From contig CDPCPM010000149.1 of NCBI GenBank assembly GCA_976551045.1, positions 3,596,001-3,660,000 of the forward strand: 64,000 nucleotides of DNA, written 5' to 3'. The notes under the pieces are model-generated. The model saw only the letters and a list, made by a program, of their open reading frames with translations, did not search any database and had not been told where the DNA came from. The stretch is from Glaucostegus cemiculus. Taxonomy: Eukaryota. Below, piece by piece: positions 37,463 through 51,330 of the stretch; within the stretch, counting starts at the first letter, position 1, and every line of letters begins with the position of its first letter. Both the position numbers and the translations under genes were made by a program.

Positions 37463-40400
37463 GAAAAGCAAATGCTGGCTTCTGATTATGATAACATTCA
37501 GTTTCACAGGAACATTTCTCATTGAAGATACTGTTCAGATTGGCCATTCTGGTTAAAATACAGTGCTCTGGCTGAAGGTCAACTATCTGTAGGTTGTAAT
37601 AGTGTCTGACGTGCCATGTTTGGTGAGTGACAAATCAAGTTGCCCTATCAATTAAGGTTGTAAAAAACTGGACCAAGGCAATGTGATGTGGGTCAATTCT
37701 TGTGAGCAGATGCTGGACTAAATATGGTCTGGCTTGGCAAAATGCTAGACAAGTGTCACTTAGCTGCAGCAAGTGATTCTGTCTATCGCTTACAGGTGTG
37801 ATACAGGATGTACATGTCAGGGACTCAGTGCCTGAAAAATCAAAGCAGGTTCTCCCAGTGATTCATCTGCATGATCAATTCACTAATCAGACCAAGGTCT
37901 ATCCAATAGTTTGTTGAACCAAACACACACCACATGTCACTGGTAATTATGAAACAAAAGCTGAGCAGCACATCAAGAAAGAAACAACAGGAAAGGTGCT
38001 GTATAAAACTGACAAGTACATGACATTTAAAAAAATCTATTGATACTGTATTACAGAAATATGAATCAAAAAGAAGTTACACAGTGATTGTGTAACGTTA
38101 ACTACCAGGGCAGAAGTAATGGATTTAAGCAAAATCAAAACAAAAAGCCTGTAAAACAAATTGCTGTAAACATGTACTGCTTTTAAATACCACCAAATGT
38201 TGCCATGTGGCCAAATTTGCTGAGCTCTTCATCTCAACTTTACTATATGGAAAGAATCAGAGGTTGTACACTCCCCACTCAGGACTGGAAAAGGGGAGAC
38301 ATTTGGAAAATCAGAGGAGCCATTCCCACACACTAATTGATGGCTAGTTCAAAGACAGCATTGAGCTCCAGTGACAGGTTGATGGCCTCTTTCCTGCTGT
38401 TGATTTTTGGCTCTAGAAACTAGTAAAGGAGTCATTTTAAAAATACACAATTTCAGAAGCAGGCAGATAGATTTGTACAAATATGTGCTCACCTTCAATA
38501 CATGGGATTAGATCACAGAAAGAATATTGGCCTGAGAAGTTATTCAGGTATTAAATTAGATTATATTTAGTGTCATAATAAAATACAGTGATATTTATTG
38601 GCTAGCTAAGCTGCAAGAAAGAAACATTTAACATACCAGTGTTAAAATTACACTGAACATTATTAAGTGTGGATTGGTAAATAAAATATGATGATTCTAT
38701 TAGTTTAGGATTGTTAATGCCTTGACTTACTGTACTAATTATCTGTAATACATCTAGATACAAACAAAATATCTCCATAATCAACTGCATATGATCACTC
38801 AGTTGGTTAACGGAAATGATCTCACAATAATTACTTTATTAGGAATAATTATCATGCGCCAATAACATAGAGTACAGAAGAATTGGAGGAAAGTCACTGC
38901 CAATGCCAATCTAAACTTAAAATGGAACAAAACTGCTATATAAAGTAAACAATATATGAATTTCAAAAAGATACCTGAGAGTGACTAGAAGGAAATGTAC
39001 TTATTCTGAGGATTCCGACAATGATTAACAACTGTCCATGATGTAGTTTTGTGGTGTCTGATATCACTTAACATGCGGATTAGATTAGTGTCTGCTGCTA
39101 ATCATTCTTGGGCATCCATTATCCTCTGTATAAAGCACTTTTAATTTTGAAAGAGGTAACAATGGGCCACTTTAGATTTTTAATGAATTCCAGTAAACCA
39201 GAAAAATACTATTCCTACACCACATTTATTTAAGCTCCACATTTGAAACTTCTAACAAAAAATATATCATAGACGTAAAACTCTTGATTTTGGTGAAGAT
39301 TATTTTACTGAAATTTAAGTGAAATTGAATACTTATTTAATTAAAACAGGAATTACTTTTATGTTGTTTTAAGTTATTGTTTTTTCTAATCCATAAACTC
39401 TTATGTACCCTGTGAAACACATTATTTAATTATTTTCACTATTTTCCTATATTTTGTTTGATTGGTAATTTCCTAATATCTATTATTTGGAGGTAATTAA
39501 CACATGCAGAAGTCCACAGACCATTGACTTTCATCACATATTTCTGGAAAATATTTGTATTTTGTAATCTTTTGGATGATGCAAAATACCTTTAAATGAT
39601 TACTCACTAAAATATGAAAATACTTTTTACAGCAAGAGTTTAGTACTTTCTAGTAGTTGTGCCCTTTTTGTGCCTGGAGATTTTTGCAGAAGTTACCTGA
39701 TTGTGAAAATAAATTATACACAAAGAAGTGGAAGGAGTAACATTGTTTAAAAAAAACATAACAGGCTATTTGAAGACAGTGGCAATTAAAAGTAATGATC
39801 AGCAACACTCATTGCTTTATCGATGCTCATTTCACTACGTTGGAAGCAAGATCCCAACTTATTTTTTTTCTAAATTGCTACATGGAAACAATTATTAAAA
39901 CATATAGATTATATTTCAAAACAGTCTATAGCAGGTAGACTTCCACTCTAAAACCTAATATTGAGGCATCATGTTGCAAGAATTTTATCAGTTGTATTTG
40001 CATAAAGATGGATTTTAGGTTAAGCACTTTCTGTGAAATCGACTGTGTGTGGGTTCAGACAGAAACCTTTGCATGCTATATTTTTCCTTCTGTTTCAAGT
40101 CACCCACCCTCAGGGTTACATTTTTTTATGACTTTACTGTTCGACAAACAGTCATACACCAATGGTGCATGTGTTGACCTTCTGGTTATTAAATTGACCT
40201 CTTGCTAACCCATATTAATGAATGGTACTGAAAAAGAAAAAGAGGATAGGTTCAACCATTTAGGATTTTATGGACAGTACTGGCCACTGCCTTTCGTCAA
40301 TCTCAATATAATATCTCAGTTAATCAATCCAGAGTTACATATTTTATCTCTGCTAGTTTTCAAAGTGTGATCATTCCTCAACTTACATAGTTCATTCACA

Positions 40401-40989
40401 TTATTTATAATTTATATCCAATTTGAGGCTCCCCAGTTTATTTTCTGTAGGTCAGAACATTCAAGCTTCTCTGGCCTTCATAGCTCTGTAGTAAACGGAT
40501 TGTGTAAATCATCATGCAGATGGTTTCTTATGGAACAAGTCATGATCACTGAATTCCCTGTGAAAAATCTCTCCCAGAAGTCTGGAATGTACGAGGTGCA
40601 GTCACATAAACTGAACAGAGTCATTGCATTAAAGGTGATCACATTTAGACCTACTTCTGACTCATCATTTTGCAACACTTAAAAGACTTTTAAAAAGTTC
40701 TTGAGAAAACTTTTTTCTTTTTATGATTTAAGAACAACATATGAATTTACTTTGTTGATGGCTTTGTGCATATTATGTTAATAACAATTATTAAAAATCT
40801 AGCAGTATCTATTTTTGACCAAATTTACCTAAGCAAAAAGGTAGGTTAGATTTATAGAGTCATAGAGCTGTGCAGTACAGAAATGAGCATTTCAACCCAC
40901 GAGGTCCATGTGGACCTTTTTGCCCTTTTACACTAATCCCATTTGCCTGCATTAGGTCCATATTCTTCTTTCCTAGCCTACTCAATTGT

Positions 40990-41303
40990 CCCCCACCATC
41001 GAGAATCATCCATCACTAAGGACCCTCACCATCCTGGACATGCCCTCTTCTTGTTACTACCATCAGGGAGGAGGTACAGGAGCCTGACAACTCACACTCA
41101 ACATTTCAGGAACAGCTTCTTCCCCTCTGCCATCAGATTTCTGAACACTCCATGAACCCATGAACACTACCTCATTATTCCTTTTTTGGTGATTATTTAT
41201 TCATTTTGTAACTTATCGTAATTTTATGTCATTGCACTGTACTGCTGCCACAAAACAACACATTTCACGACATATAAGTTGGTGATAATAAAGCTGATTC
41301 TGA
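40990..41303 (+). mobile_element. Rex1/Babar-type LINE 3' end
   Basis: DPHHPGHALFLLLPSGRRYRSLTTHTQHFRNSFFPSAIRFLN is the typical Rex1 ORF C-terminus; 3' end aataaagctgattctga. Confidence 0.85.
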
Positions 41304-42185
41304 AATTTCTCAATGTTGTGATTGTATCTGATTCCACAGCCTCCTCTGGCAGTGGGTTCCATATATAACCTGTTCTCTCTCTATAAACCTTTCCCTCATA
41401 TACCCTTTAAAACCCCAATCTCCCATCTTAAACCTACATCCTCTTAATTTTGATAAGTTTACTATGGGATAGAAGATCTGTGCTATCTATCCTATCTATA
41501 TCTCTTCTAATTTATATACCTCCATCAGGTCATCCCTCTGCCTCCTTCATTCCAGGGAAAATGACCAGCGTATCGAATCTTTCCCCACAGCTACAGTCCT
41601 TCAATCCAGGCCACATCCTGGTGAATCTCCTCTGCACTCTGTCTGGTGCTGTCACATCTTTGCTATGGTGTGGTGACCACAACTATACACATTACTCCAA
41701 GTGTGGCCTAACCAGTGCTTTGTAAAGTTTCAACAGAAGGTCTCAACTTTTATATTCTATTCCCTGACCCATGAAGGCAAGCATACCATATACCTTCCTC
41801 ACCACCCTATTTATCTACGTTCCTGTTTTCAGAGAATTATGGACTTGAACCCCAAGGTACCTCTGTTCATCAACATTCCTTAGTGCTTCACCATTTACTG
41901 TATACATCCTACCCCTATATGACTTCTCAAATAGGGATTGGACATATGCAGTAAATAGTGAAGCAATAAGGAAGTTGTCGGGATTAAACTGCATCTGCCA
42001 AACATCTGCCCAACTTTCGATCTGATCTGTATCCTACTGTAGCCTTAAGCAGCCACAATGCCACCAACTTTCTGTCACCTGCAAACTTACTGATCATACC
42101 TCCTACATTCACATCCAAGTTGTTAATATACACTACAAACATCAAGGCTCCCAGCACTGATCCTTGCAGTACATCACTGGCTGCA

Positions 42186-42792
42186 GGCATTGAGTTCAAG
42201 AGCCAAGAAGTTATGTTACAGCTTTATAAAACTCTGGTTAGGCCACATTTAGAGTATTGCGTTCACTTCTGGTCGCCTCATTATAGGAAGGATGTGGAGG
42301 CTTTGGAGAGGGTGCAGAGGAGGTTTACCAGGATGCTGCCTGGTTTGGAGGACATGTGCTATGAGGAGAGATTGGACAAGCTGGGGCTGTTTTCTCTAGG
42401 GTGGCAGAGGCTGAGGGGAGATTTGATGTAAGTTGATACAATTATGCAAGGCATAGATAGGATAGACAGCCAGTATCTTTTCCCCAGAATGTCCAGTACT
42501 AGAGGGCATGTATTTAAGGTGAGAGGGGGAAAGTACAAAGGAGTTGTGCAAGGTCAGTTTTTTTACACAGGGAGTAGCGGGTGCCTGGAATGCACTGCCA
42601 GGGGTGGTGGTGGAGGCAGATAGCATAGGAGTGTTTAAGAGACTCTTAGAAAAGCACAGAAATATGCAGAGAAGGGAGGGATATGGGCAATGTGCAGGGA
42701 AGAAGGATTGGATTGATTAGGAATCATTGGTTTAATTAGTTCAGCACAACATCAAGGACCAAAAGGCTGGTCCTGTGCTGTACTGCTCTAAG
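42186..42792 (+). mobile_element. 5'-truncated CR1 LINE inserted in the opposite orientation into the older CR1
   Basis: GIEFKSQEVMLQLYKTLVRPHLEYCVHFWSPHYRKDVEALERVQRRFTRMLPGL...RLRGDL; 3' UTR ends ctgtgctgtactgctcta. Confidence 0.9.
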
Positions 42793-45700
42793 TCCTTTGT
42801 TCCAGTCAGAAAAGTATCCTTCCAGTATGACCCTCTGTCTCCTATCACCAAGCCAACTCTGGATCCTAATTAGCCAGCTTGCCTTGGATTTCATGTGCCA
42901 TAACCTAGACCAGCCTATCATGTGGGACCTTGTCAAATGTCTTACTAAAGTCCATATAGACAACGTCTACTGCCCTGTTTAATTCACATAGTTTACAAAA
43001 TTTTTATATTTAATGATCAGGCACTGCGATGTGTGCATCAATGGCTGGTGCACAGGCACCTTCTGATCCTGGTTATCAGAAGCGTAACAAATATAATTTC
43101 ATAAAAATTAACACTTTGTAATCTTGTGGAAACAGATTCTAGTTAGTTCTGCTTCTTCATTTATTTACATACAAGTAGTGATTGTAGTAAGGATTATAGT
43201 GTACACAGATTATAGTAAACATCACTTGCCTGGGTCCACATCTCATTTAACAACATTGACTTACCTACTATTTTGCTAGATAACTTAAATAACTTAAATG
43301 TGTCAACACAGTAAACACGAGTCTAGAAATTACAGTCGCTGATGTTATTTGATAAACATTTCATGTTTTTTATGATACTTAGCCATGTACTTCAATGGCA
43401 TAAATGATTAACATGTCTATTAAAATGATGTGTGGAGAAATACCATAGAAATGCATTTACTTTTGACTACTAACAGAAGTAATTTCTGACTACATTTGTC
43501 TATTATCACAATAGTAGCACTGCAAGCATTTCCAAAAGATCAATAATTTAGAGGGGCAGTTTGGATTCTCCAATATATTAGGTAATATTGATTTGCACAG
43601 AAATACTGAGAAATCAAAAAAAGCTAAATACCATAACCACTATATGACCATTTCATCAGCTTGCTACCAGTTACATGATTGCTTTAAATTTCAGTCCATC
43701 TAAACAGAAAAATCTTCTAGACTTTAAGTTCAGAGGCTTATGACCAATACACTCAGGCTGAGCTACCTGAAAAATAAAATACCATAGGTATTGGTAGAGA
43801 TACAATGCTTTAAATTTAATCTTAATGTAAACTCTCTCTGAACTCTACCCCATCGTTTCGGACTCCACACTTATATTGAGCTCTACAATTCATACCTATG
43901 ACTTTATGTCCACTCTGGTCTGAATTAATGGTCATGAAGCTTTTATCTTTATTTAACCTAAACACCATTGAAACTGAAATAATACATGGATCTGAGAGAT
44001 AACTGGAGATGTTTTATGTGAAAGAAAGATTTGAGACCATGGTAAGAATGGTAATAGATGAGATTGTATCAATTTCAAGTTTATTGAATGCAAGGGACTT
44101 TTATTGTTTCTCATATTTCTTATGTTCAAATGTAAGGGCACCAAACAATGAAGTATATTAAAGAATGTGGACAGCAAAAATATTTACACCGCTTTCAACA
44201 TGGGAAGACAACTTGCATGGAAGTACATCTAAGCAAGAAAGATAAATCTCCTCCAGGATAATTTTCCAAATGTGCATATAGGCAGGAAGCTTTACTTGGT
44301 GGCCAGACACCAGAACATTGAGGGTGGTCCAATCTCTATCAATTCGTATTGTTTAATTTCAATGCTGATATAGTGCACTTGATATGCAGTGCTGGAGGGT
44401 CAGACTTCCTGCTAGTAATGTATAATTATAAAGTCACTGCTCTTGTACAATTTCCATTCCAAATAAATTACATTTCTTTTTATAAGGAAGAGTTATGTAA
44501 AACAATCTTGATTCAATCTTTGATGAGTCAGTCATGCTGGGTAAAGTTGAAGCAAGTACTTATTGGTATTTTCAAAGATTATTATACAATCCTCTGGATT
44601 TCAGTTTGTTTTTACTGCTTCCCTCCATTTTTGAACAGAGCTGCTGCTGGGTGTCTGAAATGACAAAAATAAAACTTCTCGCAAAAACTGAGATCAATGT
44701 GTCTGCAGAAGGCAACCCTGGTGATAGAGGGAAGACACCACCAAAGGTAAAAAGTGTCATTCAGTTCCTCGGGCATTTTTGAATTTATCAAACAGCTTAC
44801 CAAAGGTGCATTGTTTACAATCTGTTGGTTGAGGAGACTGCTTATATCTATGAACTGTAGGAGCTTCCTTTGGCTGAGAGAAGCAGACCAAGGACATGAA
44901 CCCAGGTCTTTACTGACGCTTTTCCCCTCACTTTTTATGTATACTCTCCAGTGAAGAATTTTGAAAATAAGCATTCAGCAGTTGATTCACTCTGGAAAAA
45001 AAAGGCTAGGAAAGCTGACTTATTAAGGATTTCTTAGTAAATTATAAACAATAAAAATAATAATTAAGCAAAGCTAAGCAGTTTAACTATATAGTAAGTG
45101 TCCTATAAGCAGAACTACTTTAAGAGAAAAGTCAATTTATTGTTACAATGTCAACAATGAGACTAGCATAGAATCAATAGCATTAAATTTGTAAGTATGG
45201 CAACTGCTTTTCCCGTTGTACTTCTGATGAAGTTACCAGAGCAAACTGGAAGCAGCAGCAAGGAGGTTCATCCTGTGTACCCTTGTCTTTGCATTTATAT
45301 TCATCAATAATACTTGGCAAAAAGGTGGGGGTTTATAACATGTGATCCTTTCACTGTGCAGACTGATGTTAAAGCAACTTGCAGCTCGGTGGAAAAGCCC
45401 TTTAATTTGACAGTTGAACCCAAATGACACAAAGTCTTGGTTCAATGGAAGCCACCTGAGTAATTGTTAAGAAAAAGCTGTTTATTGCAGTTGATAGATA
45501 TAAATACTTGTAGTAAAGATATTACTTGACATTAACTTTCTCCTCTCTCTATCTCACTTGAAACCACCAAAGCTTTACTGAGGATCACTTTCACAGGAAA
45601 ATATACTTCTCCAGTGCTGTACTCATTTGGTTATTATTCACATGAAAGGATTTATAATGAAAACTGACCTGCCGCTTGATTATAAGAGACAGTCTAGTCA

Positions 45701-45800
45701 AGCCTAACCTATTCACATATGCTCTTCCAGTAATGGTTGCTGTCCAGTGATTAGAAGTGGAAATCCTAATTGACTTCCCTCACGGTAGCATAGGTGGGTG

Positions 45801-46103
45801 GGGGGCACGGCATGGTACTGTAGCGGTTAGTGTAACGCTATTACAGCGCCAGCGACCTGGGTTCAATTCCAGCTGCTGTCTGTAAGGAGTTTGTATGTTC
45901 TCCCCATGACTGCGTGGGTTTCCTCTGGGTGCTCCAGTTTCCTCCCACATTCCAAGGACGTACGAGTTAGGAAGTTGTGTGAATGCTATGTTGGTGCCGG
46001 AAGTGTGGCGACACTTGCAGGCTGTCCCCAGAACATTCTACACAAAAGATACATTTCACTGTGTGTTTTGATGTACATGTGACTAATAAAGAAATCTTGT
46101 CTT
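45801..46103 (+). mobile_element. Full-length tRNA-derived V-domain SINE
   Basis: Pol III A-box-like TAGCGGTTAG, B box GGTTCAATTCC, V-domain GCGTGGGTTTCCTCTGGGTGCTCCAGTTTCCTCCCACA, tail ...gatgtacatgtgactaataaagaaatcttgtctt. Confidence 0.88.
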
Positions 46104-46289
46104 AAACAGATCAACTGCAGCATCGGTCCCACCTAACTCAAGTTGGTCCCACCTAACTCAAGTCTCTCAATATTGTCTCCCAGCTGGATGGACTGTAAAA
46201 GCTTTAGTCCATTCTATTTGGCCAACACAATACTAGCAGTGGCTTCTCTTGCTACACATGCACCTTTGACTCTGGTAACCCCCAATGGC

Positions 46290-47205
46290 TCCTCTGGTAT
46301 CTCTCATCAATTTGCTGTCCTTTGGCAAGACCATCCAAAAACACAGCATTAGTTTCTTCATCTATGCTAATGGCACCCAGCTTCAGCTTGCCACTATCTA
46401 TCCTGAATCCTCCCTGGTCTAGAAATTGTCAGACTGTTTGTTCAACATCCAGGATTGGAAGACAGAGCTTACTCCAATGAAAGATTAGTAAGAAAGAATT
46501 CACTGCCTTCAGTACCTTTCACAAACTCAATTCCACAACCATCAATTCCATCCCATTCTCTAGCTACTACTAGGCATTGTTTGACTCTTGAATTGTTTGA
46601 GTTGAATTTTGGACTTTGCAGCAATGCCATCTCCAAGGGTGCACATTTTCACCATTACAACATTTCCCGAGTCAGACTCTGCTCTATTTTATCTGTTGCT
46701 GAACCTTTCATCCATTGGACTTCACTATTCCAACACATTCTTGGATGCCTCCCTTTTGCAACACTATCTAAGCTTTATGTCACCTTAAATCTGCTGCTCA
46801 TGTCCTATCTCCTGGTGGCTCATCATTTCTGCTGCTTGCTGATCCATACAAGCTCATTGTTAAGGAATACTTTGGTTCGAACCTTGTTCATAAATAATTT
46901 TATGAACCTGCCCTTCGCTTTCATTGTAATCTCTTCCAATTCTATAACTATCTAAGATATATGCTCTTGTCCAATTCTGGATTGTTCTACTCTTCCCTGA
47001 ATTTAATTGCATCACCATTGGTGGTCACATCTTCAGATGTCAAAATTTTAAGCTCTGAAATTCTCTCCCTACCTTTTTAACTAAGCCATTGGCTATCTGT
47101 CCTAATATCCACTATGTGGCTTGGAAAGAATTTAATTTGTTTTCTAATGCACCTATGAAGTGCCTTGGGATATTTTTGCTTTGATAACAATGCTGCATAA
47201 AGGGA
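46290..47205 (+). mobile_element. Old L2-clade LINE 3' fragment
   Basis: Degenerate FFIYANGTQL (YADDTQL), AHFHHYNISRVR...AEPFIH (AYFHLRNIARLR...AETLIH) and L2-like tail cctatgaagtgccttgggatattttt...gctgcataaa. Confidence 0.65.
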
Positions 47206-50200
47206 CCTTTTTTTAAGATATCTGCATGAGAAATGCTTTTATCTTAACTCAAGGGATCAGTACAACAATGAAAGTTGTTGATGGACACTCTGTAAACAAC
47301 CAAGTTCATCTATTTCCGTTAATGTTTTTACTTGCATTTTTGAGCATTGCTAATGGAAACTGCAAAAGATTATAAATATCTCTTTAGTTAAGATAACAAC
47401 ATTTATCACTTTATTTATTGCATTAAATAGGTCTCTAAAGCAGACTAGAATAAACAGTGTTCACGACAATAGCATTCAGTACTTAATAAAGGTGAAGGAG
47501 TTAACTAGTGCTTTAGTAGATAGCCGAAGAAAAAACACATCTGTTGGGCTCATTTTCCACAGGAAGAAGCAATGGACATCGAGGTGGTTATATTTCATTT
47601 TTTAGTCAAATTCCCGAAGTGACTGCGCAGAACCTAGGAATCCCAAATGCACACTGAAAGAACATGATTATTAAACCGAACGATAACTGTTTTTGACAAG
47701 ATCTAGGTCAGATAAAATTGAACTGTATAGGCATAACCATTTTAGAAGTAACTAAACTTTTCAAGATTATGATTTAATGTGTCCCAATCAAAGATTTATT
47801 TAATAAATGGAAGATTGTAGCTATGCTTAAATCTGGCTTTAGTTTGTCATCTTGTCATATTCTGAATAAACCATTCACATTTTTGGGTAGGCAGGTCATC
47901 TGGCCTGTCAAGGGCTGTCAACTCACTATGTTAACAATAGCTTTGAGTTGTTTAGAACATATAACAGCTCTCAAGATGAAAATGATCGAATCTCAATTTA
48001 CTGGTTGGTCGGTGCGATTTGGGTTCAGTCACTGTATATGAAATAGGATCTGCATGTTAAAACTTGATTAGGAATTTGATAAGTAATGTTTTGAAACCGC
48101 AAAGCTGGCAAACACCAAAGTGGTTAAATAATTCAAGTGCATTAGCAAGTACTGCTGCAAAGGCAAAACTACTGGATCAGTATGTCAAATTTGCATAACG
48201 TTTAATGAAATGCATACTCTTGGAATTGGATTAACTAATAATCATTTGCAAATATCAGACTGTCAACACTTATGATCCTTAAAAAAACATCTTAATGCAT
48301 TTTATTATGATGATGCATTTTTCTTATAATACTATTATTTCTAAAATAGGTTTCAAACAAAATCTGTACTAATCATTCCCAAGAATTGTTATATTGTTAA
48401 AAAACATATATTATCAAATTCATGTTCAAAATACAAAGCATTTTTCTTGGTAAGTTTTGGGCTATGTTGTAGCAATATACTTTTTTTGTAACACACTATA
48501 TTTCAACTATATTTGTTGAATAGTAAAATAAAGTTTCAGTATCTTGCACATGTAGATTTATTAATTATTTTATTCCATCCTGACACATTGGATGAAAAGA
48601 TTTCACTACATCACATTGAGCCACATCTTGGTCTCAATGGCAACGGATGGTGGCAGCTGTTCATTACACCTTTTACAGGATTCTGCACTGGAATTTATTT
48701 AATTAGAAAGTCATTTGACCCAGTGCCCTCTACAGGGGATCTGGGACTTGTGTGAACAGGGCAAGAAACTGTGTACCTCCTTAGCCAATTAGACTGAAGA
48801 CTTGCTATTTAGTTGTGCAGAACCTGAACCAGAAATTTAGAATATTTAATTTAGTGTGAAACAATAAATGCAATGAGAAATATAGGGAAAGTAAGATGGA
48901 ACGAAGAGAGAAAAGATGAAACAGAAAAGGAAAAATAATTTAAAAAATCCATTTTTATAAATGTTGAACAATAAGTAAACATCTGTAAAAGCTAATTTTC
49001 AGTCCCAGAGAGGTAGTAAGTTGGCCATAAACTGGACATCACACCAAGAAAGAATGATTACAATAGAACAGACAAACTTAGTGAGTTTAGAGGGCACCTA
49101 TCATATAAGTGCAGCTATTTCCTAACAATGGGTACATTTCAATAGTGAATCTCTGATCAACTTGGTGCTCCTGCAAAGCTTCTGGATGTGCAGGGCAACG
49201 AGGATAGTAACATATCATTCTGTGGTTGCTGACCACTTTATTATCAGTGAATACTGCTTTTAAAGTAATATGTTCTAGTAATGTTCAACATGATATAGGA
49301 AGCATTTATAAAATAAAGCAAAAAGCATCAGCCAGCATGTTGATAGTACAATAGAGCAGTGGGTTAAGAGAAGATCATATTTCCCACAAATTGGCTTGAT
49401 AGTGGTGGACGGAGAAGCCATTTCTAAAATATCCAAGCAGCAATTTTACCCAATACTGCTCTGCATTTGAGACATATACTGGATGTTTGCATAGTCTTAA
49501 TCAGGCATTTTTACATGTTGACGCATTCTTAGGATAAAAGGGGAAATTTTGACTTTATGTATCAGACTATAACACAGACAGTCTTCTTGCTTTTAACCAA
49601 AGAAGTTTGAATGGAGGTTGGAAATGTTAGATGAAGTAAAACTGACAGACCTAGTCCTGTAATTTGGGATCTCATCTCTCGTGGTCAGTGATTGGACATC
49701 AAAAACTGTTCTCCTGCTATGTTAAATGAAGGCATGACATTGTGGGGGGAAGAACTGGTGGAATTTTTTTTAATGAGCGAGGTAATGAGAGAAAACTCCT
49801 GAGAAGTATTCTGTTTTCAAGCCAAAGGGAAAAACATTTAAAACAGTCCAAATCAATAATAATATTCCACTTTATTGTTAGGATATCAAATATGCAGTAT
49901 GGTTTGTGCAGCTTTTCCACAATGATATTGTCTAGAAAAAATAATCTAACTGCAAATACATAATGATGGGGCCTTCCAGTCTCTGTGATAATCTTTGACA
50001 ACAATGCTAACACTGTCATTCTGGCCACGAGAGAAACATGCATCTACTAAGCCCTGACCCTCTGAGCCTTTTATCTGTGTGTGTACTCTCCACAGGCCGA
50101 ACAAATAAAGACTAACTGATAATTTACACATGAATCAAGTTTTTCTGAAGAGTAGACACCAGAGACAGTCCTTTTCTCTGTAAGTGAAAGAATGGCAGCC

Positions 50201-51284
50201 AGGTCTAAGATTGTCTCAGCAGCAATCATACAAGTAAAACAGGAATACATTAGAAAATGGCAGATCAGCTAAGGGAGACAGTGTGGTGAGAAAGATAAAA
50301 ATGACAGTATCAAAGGATCAGATGAATGCAGACCTCATGGAGAGTTAGATTTATAACAATGAGGTCCTCTTCAACTTAAAGGCAAAGGAAAGGTAGTGAC
50401 TTATGCATTTTAAAATGGAATTAATATACTAACAAGCAGCAAATATATATATATATATAAATTGAAATCAAGCAGTAGCTCATACATTCCAAAAAAAGCA
50501 AATATACCATGAAGTGCAAATGTTGTGGTACTTGCTGCTCTGGGGGGCTTTGCACGCAGCAGGTGGATGTCAGAAAATGTTGATTGCATTGACCGAGATT
50601 ATCAGACATGTTATCCCTAGCACCAAAATTCCACGTGTTGGAGTTTGAAATGTATTTTTCAATTAAATAATCTTTTGCAGTAAAACTGAAGTAGATAAAC
50701 TACATTTCTGTAAAAATTATCTTATATAATACTTACACAAAAGGAAACTATTTTTCTTCTGGTAAGCAAATTTCAATTACTTAGATGAAAATCTCTTCAT
50801 CAATGGAAAATTAAGACAAAACTTTTTCATAAATTTCTTCAATTTATATTTTTAAATATCTGGATGTGAATTTCTTTAGAGTGGCTTCTGCTCCAACATC
50901 CTAAATTTGGCATTACAGAAGTTAATGTTACCATGCATAATGCAATAGAGAAATCACCTTGACAGAATAACTTTCTGGATAAGGATTGCTTACATAAAAC
51001 TTAATCCACAGGTTAGCATTCAGAAGAAATGTATTGTGGTTTGCATGTAAAATATTTGGCCAATTTACTGAACTGGGTTTGAGTATTAGTGTGAATTTCA
51101 ACTCTAGTTATTGAAATGATAAACAAATGAATCAACTTTTAAGAATCCTACTCACCTCATTCAATCCCCTGAGGAAACAATTCATCCAAACCCACACTTC
51201 CATTGTTCAAAGCTGCTTGATGTCTTTCAAGAGTAGTATCTCCATCCACCACTACACCTTCCCCTCCAGATACACATAAATACA

Positions 51285-51330
51285 CAGACAGACAGAAACA
51301 CATACACACACACACACACACACACCACCA
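51285..51330. repeat. (CA)n-rich microsatellite
   Basis: Direct reading of the sequence. Confidence 0.85.

Larger units (their letters stand above)
40853..42976 (-). mobile_element. CR1-clade LINE 3' part, split by two younger insertions (pieces ~40853-40975, ~41304-42185, ~42795-42976)
   Basis: 3' tail (atagagtcatagag on +); degenerate RT motifs VLQGSVLGALMFVVYINNLD...ISKFAGD and VDVVYMDFSKTFDKVPH...WLGDRRQRVILEGYFSDW on the minus strand. Confidence 0.85.

Noticed and set aside
40478-40678. Minus-strand ORF ending ...TTEL as a possible ARB2A exon
   Set aside because: No similarity to ARB2A; the true terminal exon is at 35415-35566.
45805-45880. tRNA gene
   Set aside because: A/B boxes belong to a SINE head followed by the V-domain; no cloverleaf.
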